From assembly GCA_964570365.1 (NCBI GenBank), contig CAZMXT010000004.1, positions 2,792 to 66,791 on the forward strand: DNA of 64,000 bases. Reading direction: 5' to 3'. Of the stretch, positions 56,724-64,000 are shown one piece after another. Position 1 is the stretch's first letter. Every line of letters starts with the position of its first letter. The DNA is from an uncultured Pseudomonadales bacterium (GTDB lineage Bacteria; Patescibacteriota; Microgenomatia; UBA1400; PJMF01). Below the pieces are notes generated by a model. It did not search any database. It was not told where the DNA came from and saw nothing but the letters and a program-made list of their open reading frames with translations. A program made the translations under genes and the position numbers.

Positions 56724-57599
56724 ATGCCAACCAAACGAGATTACTATGAAGTTTTGGGAGTCCAAAAAGGGAGTTCCGCGGCGGAAATCAAGACTGCCTA
56801 CCGTAAGATGGCGCTCCAGTATCACCCGGATAAGAATAAGGCCAAAGACGCGGAGACCAAGTTCAAAGAAATTAATGAAGCCTACCAAGTGCTTTCTGAC
56901 GCGCAAAAGAAGCAAGCTTATGACCAGTTTGGTCATGCGGCCTTTGATCCAGCCAGTGGTGGCGCAGCTGGGAATCCATTTGCGGGCGGCTTTCGATCAG
57001 GTGGTCCATTCACTTGGTCGTACTCAAGTGGGGCTAGTGGTCAAGGGAATCCATTTGAAGGCATGGACTTTAATGATCCATTTGAGATCTTCGAGGGCAT
57101 CTTTGGCGGAGGTGGATTTGGTGGCCAAGCCTCACGACGACCTCGCTACTCCTTAGCGGTGGAGTTCATGGATGCAGTCAAGGGAACTGAGAAAGCCGTC
57201 GAGATTGATGGCAAAAAACACACAATTAAAATTCCCGCTGGAGCCAATGATGGCACCAGAATTCGTTTTGAGAACTTTGATATCACTTTGAGTGTCAGGG
57301 AGCACGAGCACTTCAAGCGTGATGAATACGACTTGTATTTGGATCAGAAAATTACTTACACCACGGCGGTGCTGGGTGGAGAAATTCAGGTGCCGACGGT
57401 AACGGGCCAGCTGAAGCTCAAAGTTCGGGCGGGTACTCAGTCTCATACCCTGGTGCGTTTAAGAGGTGAGGGTGTTCAGCACCTCCAGGGTCGGGGGAAG
57501 GGTGATCTGTATGTGAGGTTGATTGTCACTGTGCCTGAGAAGTTGAGCCGAGAAGAAAAACAGGTTTTGGAACAGTTGCAGCGGGTGGAGTCAGTCTAG
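56724..57599 (+). CDS. dnaJ: DnaJ-family co-chaperone lacking the zinc finger (class B)
   Basis: J-domain with HPD, G/F region, C-terminal domain; no CxxCxGxG repeats. Confidence 0.9.
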   Translation: MPTKRDYYEVLGVQKGSSAAEIKTAYRKMALQYHPDKNKAKDAETKFKEINEAYQVLSDAQKKQAYDQFGHAAFDPASGGAAGNPFAGGFRSGGPFTWSYSSGASGQGNPFEGMDFNDPFEIFEGIFGGGGFGGQASRRPRYSLAVEFMDAVKGTEKAVEIDGKKHTIKIPAGANDGTRIRFENFDITLSVREHEHFKRDEYDLYLDQKITYTTAVLGGEIQVPTVTGQLKLKVRAGTQSHTLVRLRGEGVQHLQGRGKGDLYVRLIVTVPEKLSREEKQVLEQLQRVESV

Positions 57600-57637
57600 G
57601 AACTCCAAACCCAGTTTGAATCCCCTTGATTTTCCTG

Positions 57638-57681
57638 TATAATACGCCTTGAGAAGGGACTCCCAAAGCAGTCCTTTTTTT
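57638..57681 (+). promoter_or_regulatory. nusA promoter and leader terminator
   Basis: TATAAT at 57638-43, then AAGGGACT-cccaaagc-AGTCCTTTTTTT (57654-57681) before the nusA ATG. Confidence 0.65.
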
Positions 57682-57718
57682 ATATCAGAACAAAAAAAAT
57701 TTAGAATCGAAGGGATGT

Positions 57719-59020
57719 ATGTCCAACAACGCCAAAGTCGCCCGCACCGAGTTCTCCGCTGCAATTGCACAAATTGCTAATGAAAGAAACATTAGTCCTG
57801 AATCAATTGTCGAAGGTATCCGCCAGGCATTAGTGTCTGCATACCGCAAGCAGTTTGGCCCTTTTGAGGAAGATGTCCACTATATTGCTGAAGTAAATGC
57901 CGAGTCAGGTGAGTCAAAGATCTTCAAGTATGCAGTTATCGAAAAAGACGAAGAAACAGGCGAAGTGACTAAGTGGGATGACTCCAAGAGTGAAGATGTG
58001 ACTCCAGCTGGTTTTGGTCGAATTGCCGCTCAAACTGCGAAGCAGGTGATTTTGCAGAAAATTCGTGAGTCTGAGAAGGATCAAATTTTAGCTGACTTTT
58101 CCGAAAAAATTGGCGAGATTGTCTCTGGCCAGGTTCTGCGCATGGATGGCAAGATGGTCATCATTGATGTCGGTCGTGGTCAAGGTGTCATGCCTCCAGA
58201 AGAGCAGATGCGCGGGGAGTTTTATCGCCTCAACAATAGAATTACTGTCTTTATTCGCGAAATCCGAGATACCTTCAAGGGTAGATCGATCATTGTCTCT
58301 CGTTCAGCGAAGGAACTCGTTTCTAAGCTGTTTGAGCGCGAAGTGCCAGAAGTCGCTTCCGGTGCCGTCAAGATTGTGAACATTGCCCGCGAGGCGGGTG
58401 TGCGGACCAAGTTAGCTGTCACCTCTACTCAAGAAGGTGTCGATCCAGTTGGTTCCTGTGTCGGACAGCGAGGTGTTCGTGTTCAAGAAGTCATCCGTGA
58501 GTTAAATAACGAAAAGATTGACATTATTCCGTACTCTGAAGATCAGGTCGCGTATCTCCGTGGTGCTTTAGCTCCAGCTGAGAACCTGAAGATTGACATA
58601 GACGTTGAGCAGAACTTAGTCACTGTGACTGCTCCAGACGATCAGCTTTCCTTGGCCATTGGTCGGGGTGGCCAAAACGTTCGTTTAGCAGCCAAGCTGA
58701 CTGGGTATAAAATTACCATTAAGTCTGCGGCTGGTGAAGTTCAATCTGCCGTGACTGGAGCTGAAGAGTATGAGATCGACACCTTTGAAGGCTTAGAGCC
58801 AGAGGTGCGCGCACTCTTAATCCAGAATAAGTTCACCACCCTCAATGACCTGTCTCGCTTTAAGACTCGCTGGATGGAGATGGAGGAGGTAAATGAGGCG
58901 CAAAAGAAAATGCTTCTGGATCGCGTAACCACCTTCGATGCAGAGATGGCTGAGCGTGAACGATTGAATCCTCGTATAGATAGAATAGATCGAGTAGATA
59001 GAGATAATAAGGCGGCATAA
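57719..59020 (+). CDS. nusA: Transcription factor NusA
   Basis: FGRIAAQTAKQVI, S1 and KH domains, DPVGSCVG, AIGRGGQNVRLA. Confidence 0.97.
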   Translation: MSNNAKVARTEFSAAIAQIANERNISPESIVEGIRQALVSAYRKQFGPFEEDVHYIAEVNAESGESKIFKYAVIEKDEETGEVTKWDDSKSEDVTPAGFGRIAAQTAKQVILQKIRESEKDQILADFSEKIGEIVSGQVLRMDGKMVIIDVGRGQGVMPPEEQMRGEFYRLNNRITVFIREIRDTFKGRSIIVSRSAKELVSKLFEREVPEVASGAVKIVNIAREAGVRTKLAVTSTQEGVDPVGSCVGQRGVRVQEVIRELNNEKIDIIPYSEDQVAYLRGALAPAENLKIDIDVEQNLVTVTAPDDQLSLAIGRGGQNVRLAAKLTGYKITIKSAAGEVQSAVTGAEEYEIDTFEGLEPEVRALLIQNKFTTLNDLSRFKTRWMEMEEVNEAQKKMLLDRVTTFDAEMAERERLNPRIDRIDRVDRDNKAA

Positions 59021-59025
59021 AAAAT

Positions 59026-60474
59026 ATGGCAACTCAACCAAGACCACCAATTGTCACCATCATGGGTCATGTCGATCACGGCAAGACGTCATTGTTGGAT
59101 TACATTCGTAAGACACATGTGGTGGACCGCGAAGCTGGGGGGATTACTCAGCATATTGGTGCGTATCAGATCGAGTTCAAGAACAAAAAAATCACCTTCA
59201 TTGATACTCCAGGTCACGCTGCCTTTAATAAAATGCGTGCCCGAGGAGCCCAGGTTACAGATTTTGTGATCCTAGTCGTGGCCGCCAACGATGGTGTCAA
59301 ACCGCAAACTATTGAATCAATCCGTCACATAAAAGAAGCAAATGTACCAGTTGTAGTCGCAATCAATAAAATTGATCTACCAAACGTCTACCCAGATATG
59401 GCTAAAGCCCAGCTGGCTGAGAATGACATCTTGGTCCAGGGGTACGGCGGTGACGTTGATGTGGTGGAAGTCTCAGCCAAGACAGGCAAAGGCGTAGATG
59501 ATTTACTCGACTTAATCCTGGTCATGGCAGAGCTGAAAGGCCTTGAAGCAGACCCAGCTGCTGATCTCAAAGCGGTAGTCATCGAAGCTACCAAAGACGT
59601 TCGTCGAGGCCCAGTGACCACAATCCTAGTCCAACAAGGCACGCTCAAGCTTCGTCAAGATATCGTGGCTGACGAAAATGAAGGTCGAGTTCGCCAGATG
59701 ACTGACGAAAATCGTAAGGCTCTCGTGGAGGTTCTCCCTGGTGGCCCTGCTGAACTAATTGGATTTACTGCGTTGCCAGCAGTTGGGGCAATTGTCTCAG
59801 AAAAAGGCAAAGTTCCTGCTCCAGATGCAGATGCGCGAGTAGCAGCTCCTCCACCAGCGAAAGATAACTTTGCTGACCTGTTTAATGAAAAACCAAAGCT
59901 GAAGTTAATTCTGAAGGCAGATGCACAAGGAACTCTTGAGGCAGTTGCCCAGAACTTAGATGATGAGAGCGTCGAGCTGCTCCGCTCTGAGGTTGGCGAA
60001 GTGACTGAAGATGACGTTGTTTTTGCCCAGACCACAGGTGCTTCTATCTTGGTGTTCCACACTAAGGTTCCTCGTCAAATTGAAGAAGCAGCCAAAAATG
60101 CTGGAGTCAAGATTAAGTCTTACGACATTATCTATAAGCTGCTCGAAGACCTCCAAAAGCAGATGCTCAAGCTGATCGAACCCACCATTGATGAAGTGGT
60201 CCTCGGAGAAGCCGAGATTATGCAGATTTTTGAGATGCGCGGTGAACGGATCGCTGGCTGCCGCATGATTACAGGTGAGATGAAGAAAACTGATTTACTC
60301 CACTTAAAACGAGGCGATGAAATTATCTCCAACCCAGATCTCAAATCGTTAATGCACGGCAAAGAGCAGATCGATTCCGTCAAAGCTAAGAATGAGTTTG
60401 GCATGACCTTCAAGAAGAAAAAAGAAGAGTTTCAAGTAGGTGATAAGGTGGTGGCGTATAAGGTGGAGGAGTAA
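59026..60474 (+). CDS. infB: Translation initiation factor IF-2 (no N-terminal domain)
   Basis: Starts at [16 protein letters not shown]; [18 protein letters not shown]. Confidence 0.96.
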   Translation: MATQPRPPIVTIMGHVDHGKTSLLDYIRKTHVVDREAGGITQHIGAYQIEFKNKKITFIDTPGHAAFNKMRARGAQVTDFVILVVAANDGVKPQTIESIRHIKEANVPVVVAINKIDLPNVYPDMAKAQLAENDILVQGYGGDVDVVEVSAKTGKGVDDLLDLILVMAELKGLEADPAADLKAVVIEATKDVRRGPVTTILVQQGTLKLRQDIVADENEGRVRQMTDENRKALVEVLPGGPAELIGFTALPAVGAIVSEKGKVPAPDADARVAAPPPAKDNFADLFNEKPKLKLILKADAQGTLEAVAQNLDDESVELLRSEVGEVTEDDVVFAQTTGASILVFHTKVPRQIEEAAKNAGVKIKSYDIIYKLLEDLQKQMLKLIEPTIDEVVLGEAEIMQIFEMRGERIAGCRMITGEMKKTDLLHLKRGDEIISNPDLKSLMHGKEQIDSVKAKNEFGMTFKKKKEEFQVGDKVVAYKVEE

Positions 60475-60549
60475 GTTTCACTCTTTTTGCTCAATTTTCA
60501 AAAAGTAAGCTAGATTAAAGCAAATAATTACAATTGTGTCACATAATTT

Positions 60550-60741
60550 ATGACATATAAACATATGTTAGATAAACGAGACATGATCTCACTTGGTGAA
60601 GCTTTCCCTCAATCTAAAGTTACAGAAGAGACCTCTAGATCAAGTTTAGATTCGTCTATACCTCCTTTTAGTAACCCCACCTCTTCCCCAAGCGTTTTTG
60701 AGAAACAGTATCGCGAGCTGACGAACTCTTTAGTCTTTTAG
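60550..60741 (+). CDS. Doubtful small ORF
   Basis: 63-aa ORF in the AT-rich infB-rpsO gap; no motif recognised. Confidence 0.25.
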   Translation: MTYKHMLDKRDMISLGEAFPQSKVTEETSRSSLDSSIPPFSNPTSSPSVFEKQYRELTNSLVF

Positions 60742-60825
60742 AGCTCCTATGGTATAATCCCCTTTCAATAAATAGGTTACTTGGACTGTCGGTCTCGACT
60801 GACAACACCAGGGAAAGATACCAGT

Positions 60826-61095
60826 ATGGCATTAACGACTGCCACTAAAACACAAATTATCAAAGACTTCGCTCTTTTCGAGGGAGACACTGGGTCCCCA
60901 GAAGTACAAGTTGCACTGCTTACCAACTCGATCAATGAGTTGACTGAGCACTTAAAGAAACACAAAAAAGATAACCACTCCCGCCGAGGTTTATTGAAGC
61001 AGGTTGCCAAGCGCCGCCGTCTCTTAAACTTCTTATTGGCCAAGAGTGAAGAGCGTTACCGAGCCTTGATCAACCGGTTGGGTTTAACGAAGTAA
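60826..61095 (+). CDS. rpsO: 30S ribosomal protein S15
   Basis: [25 protein letters not shown]; start at ATG 60826. Confidence 0.97.
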   Translation: MALTTATKTQIIKDFALFEGDTGSPEVQVALLTNSINELTEHLKKHKKDNHSRRGLLKQVAKRRRLLNFLLAKSEERYRALINRLGLTK

Positions 61096-61290
61096 CTTTC
61101 CACACCCCATTCTTACTCTGTTTCTGACGACCAGATCTTCAACGTGCTATAATTCCCCCAGTATAAATTGGACGGAGAACTGAGGATTCAAGAGAAACAG
61201 TGAATTTTGCTTTAGATAGCCTTACCAGGTTACGGCCATTCGCTTGTTCTCCAGAGTACTCGCACCTCTCCCTCACATGAAAGGATTACT

Positions 61291-63642
61291 ATGTCATACC
61301 CGACATATGGTCAAACATATAAAAAAGATATTCAGGTGGGCGATAAAGTCGTTTCCATTGAAATCGGTAAGTACTCAGAGCAAGCTTCGGCTGCAGTGCT
61401 GGCTACTTGTGGTGGTACGGTGGTTCACTCCACGATCGTCTTAGGTCGCAAAGTCGACTTGGGATACTTCCCCCTCTCAGTTGAGTTTATTGAAAAGCTC
61501 TCTGCCGGTGGCATTATTAAAGGTTCTCGCTGGGTTAAGCGCGATGGTCGGCCAACCGATGATGCTGTCTTAAAAGGTCGCGTCATTGATCGAACTCTTC
61601 GCCCGATGTTCCCAGAAGGCATGACCAATGAAGTCCAGATCGCCGTCACGGTTTTTTCTACTGATAAAGAAAATGATGCTGATATGGTTGGTATGTTGGC
61701 GACCTCAATTGCCTTATCTGTTTCTGAGATTCCATTTGATGGACCAGTGACTGGTTTAAGAATGGGCTACAGCAAGGCAGATCAGAAATACTCGATTAAC
61801 CCAACTGATACTGAGCGCAAAGAGCTGGACATGGACTTAATTGTCTCTGGAAATGCTGATGCGATTGTAATGGTTGAGGCAGGTGCCAACGAAGTGACTG
61901 AGGCTGTGATTCTGGAAGCATTCAAGCAAGCTCAAGCTGAGCTGGGCAAGATCTGCACCGAGATTAACGCCATCGTCAAAGAAATTGGCAAAACCAAGCG
62001 CACCGACGTGTTGCCGAAGCCAGTCGAAGCTTCCGTGACTGAAGTGAAGGCAACCTTGGCCAAGAAGTACAAAAAAGAAGTTCAAGACATGATCCGTAAG
62101 GAAGGTGTTTTGGAGGAAACAGGCCTGAGTGAACTGATCGAGAAGATCGTCGCCGAAAACCAACCAGCTGAGGGGCAAGCACCAAGTCTGATGGCAGATG
62201 CCAAAGTCTTAGGAAACCTGTTCCAGGAGCTGATGGCTGAAGAAGGTCGCCGGATGATCGTTGAAGAACAGGTCCGTCCAGATGGTCGCAAGACTGATGA
62301 GATTCGCCCAATCTGGTGTGAAGTCGATATTTTCCCTCGCACACATGGTTCCGCCATGTTCAAGCGTGGAGCTACCCAAGTGCTATCAGTGGCCACTTTA
62401 GGTTCACCATCACTTGGTCAGTTGATTGAAGATATGACAGGTGAGCAAGTTCGTCACTACATACATCACTACAGCATGCCCCCATATGCTGCTGGCGAAA
62501 CCGGTCGCTTTGGTTCACCAAAACGCCGCGAAATTGGGCACGGAGCCTTAGCCGAGCGCGCACTCTGGCCGGTGATCCCGTCCCAAAAAGAATTCCCATA
62601 CACTATTCACGTTATCTCCGAAGTGGTCAGTTCCAACGGCTCTACCTCTCAAGGTTCAGTCTGTGGCTCCACCATGTCATTGATGGCTGCTGGTGTACCA
62701 ATCAAGGCACCCGTCGCAGGAATTGCAATGGGCTTGATGACCAATGGGAAAGGCAAGTACGTCGTACTTTCTGACATCCAGGGTTTGGAAGATCACATCG
62801 GTGATATGGACTTTAAAGTCGCCGGTACTGCCAATGGTGTAACTGCTCTCCAGATGGACATCAAGATCAAAGGTATTCCTTCTGATGTCATGACTCAAGC
62901 TCTTAACCAAGCTCAGGTCGGTCGGATGCATATCTTAGGCAAGATGCTGGAAGTGATTCCAGAGTCCAGAAAGACCCTCTCTGAGTACGCGCCAAAGATC
63001 CAACAGCTCGAGATCCCAGCTGACCGAATTGGTGAGTTAATCGGCCCAGGTGGGAAGATGATTAAGAGTATCATCGAAGAAACCGGTGCGCAGATCGACG
63101 TCGACGAAGATGAAGAACGCGGAGTTGGTTTAGTCAATATTTCTTCACCAGATCAGAAAAAGCTCGATAATGCCTATAAATTCATTAGTGACATGATGCG
63201 CAGCATTGAGGTCGGCGAAGAGTTTGATGGCGAAGTCAACCGAGTTGAGAGCTATGGTGCTTTTGTGAACATTGCTCCTAACAAAGATGGACTCGTCCAC
63301 GTTTCTGGCATGTCTACTGAGTATGTCCGAGATGCGAGTGACATTGTCAAACTTGGAGATAGGATTCACGTTCGCGTGAGCGAGATTCAAGAAGATGGCA
63401 AGATTAAGTTAACCATGCTGACCCCTGAACAAGAGGAAGCGGCGGCCGCAGGCCGACGCGGTGGTGGGGATCGAGGCGGATCTTCGTTCGGTCCAGACCG
63501 CAGCTCAGATCGCGGTGGCTTTGGTGGCGGACGACCTCCATTCAGAGGAGGAGATCGCGGTGGAGACCGAGGCGGTAGCCGAGGGGGCTTTGGTGGGAGT
63601 AGACCTCCATTCCGCGGTGGTGACCGTGGAGATCGTCGGTAA
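61291..63642 (+). CDS. pnp: Polyribonucleotide nucleotidyltransferase
   Basis: Two RNase PH domains (RREIGHG, SNGSTS, GDMDFKVAG), KH, S1 and a Gly/Arg-rich tail. Confidence 0.98.
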   Translation: MSYPTYGQTYKKDIQVGDKVVSIEIGKYSEQASAAVLATCGGTVVHSTIVLGRKVDLGYFPLSVEFIEKLSAGGIIKGSRWVKRDGRPTDDAVLKGRVIDRTLRPMFPEGMTNEVQIAVTVFSTDKENDADMVGMLATSIALSVSEIPFDGPVTGLRMGYSKADQKYSINPTDTERKELDMDLIVSGNADAIVMVEAGANEVTEAVILEAFKQAQAELGKICTEINAIVKEIGKTKRTDVLPKPVEASVTEVKATLAKKYKKEVQDMIRKEGVLEETGLSELIEKIVAENQPAEGQAPSLMADAKVLGNLFQELMAEEGRRMIVEEQVRPDGRKTDEIRPIWCEVDIFPRTHGSAMFKRGATQVLSVATLGSPSLGQLIEDMTGEQVRHYIHHYSMPPYAAGETGRFGSPKRREIGHGALAERALWPVIPSQKEFPYTIHVISEVVSSNGSTSQGSVCGSTMSLMAAGVPIKAPVAGIAMGLMTNGKGKYVVLSDIQGLEDHIGDMDFKVAGTANGVTALQMDIKIKGIPSDVMTQALNQAQVGRMHILGKMLEVIPESRKTLSEYAPKIQQLEIPADRIGELIGPGGKMIKSIIEETGAQIDVDEDEERGVGLVNISSPDQKKLDNAYKFISDMMRSIEVGEEFDGEVNRVESYGAFVNIAPNKDGLVHVSGMSTEYVRDASDIVKLGDRIHVRVSEIQEDGKIKLTMLTPEQEEAAAAGRRGGGDRGGSSFGPDRSSDRGGFGGGRPPFRGGDRGGDRGGSRGGFGGSRPPFRGGDRGDRR

Positions 63643-63841
63643 ATTGAATTGAAATAAATCGTATGGGGACTGGGCGCAGCACTGGGAACAGGACAAGCGG
63701 CAGTCCCCGTTAAATACTTCAAGAACCCTTATTTCTAGGAGTACTGTCGGACTCTTGCTATCCATAAATTTTTTCGATGTCATTTTGTGACTTCTGAACG
63801 ATATTTGTCATGAATGAATTCTAGCATGCTACACTCTTAGC

Positions 63842-64000
63842 ATGACCCTTTCCTCAATCCAAACCTCAGATGGTATGTTCACGATTGCTCCGTTTGACCA
63901 TCGGGGTTCCCTGGCGCAGTTGATCGGTGTAGACATGAACACTACCATGGGCCAAGAAGCAGTGACTCAACTCAAAGTGTTGTTTATGGAGGCATTTTCG
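63842..64000 (+). CDS. LacD/DUF2090-like class I aldolase, N-terminal part (cut by window edge)
   Basis: MTLSSIQTSDGMFTIAPFDHRGSLAQL...; the DHRGS motif. Not in the ORF track. Confidence 0.65.
   Translation, partial: MTLSSIQTSDGMFTIAPFDHRGSLAQLIGVDMNTTMGQEAVTQLKVLFMEAFS

Noticed and set aside
60530-60560. TGTCA...TGACA palindrome (a similar one lies near 63778-63795)
   Set aside because: The spacing differs between the two copies and no cognate regulator is evident, so it is too weak to call an operator.
54464-63722. Long antisense ORFs over dnaK, dnaJ, nusA, infB and pnp (likewise over lepA, groEL and ftsH)
   Set aside because: These are shadow frames of conserved genes with no independent coding signal.

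Overview
Ordinary chromosomal segment with no prophage, CRISPR array or rRNA. It is inferred to come from a Patescibacteria/CPR bacterium, probably the Microgenomates group. The basis is a short IF2 without its N-terminal domain, a short HrcA, a stand-alone 5'-3' exonuclease, and DUF5657/DUF5667-like genes. The code appears to be genetic code 11, because several genes end in TGA. Contents in order: an AT-rich surface-glycan cluster; pilN/pilO with an LPxSG-anchored FN3/Ig protein; murJ, rpsT, lepA, smpB, cmk; two class A PBPs around a GH18; a HEPN-kinase-CPBP cluster; nrdR-nrdJ with tandem NrdR boxes; tsaD and a TsaC-TsaE fusion; yidC, SPFH, groES-groEL with a CIRCE-like site; two GT-C transferases; a small variable region between two tRNA(CAT) genes; a Xer-type recombinase; trpBA-trpS; ftsH; hrcA-grpE-dnaK-dnaJ; nusA-infB; rpsO; pnp. 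The best discovery candidate is missed by the ORF track. It is a 20-codon, apparently leaderless Trp-Trp leader peptide with a complete 1:2/2:3/3:4 attenuator in front of a trpBA-trpS mini-operon, suggesting regulated indole-to-tryptophan salvage in a lineage known for lacking amino-acid biosynthesis. Other highlights are a non-canonical initiator tRNA alongside frequent leaderless gene starts, a 137-bp-period duplication of the tRNA 3' end, and four surface-related genes each broken by a single lesion. All family calls come from reading motifs by eye; no database search was run.
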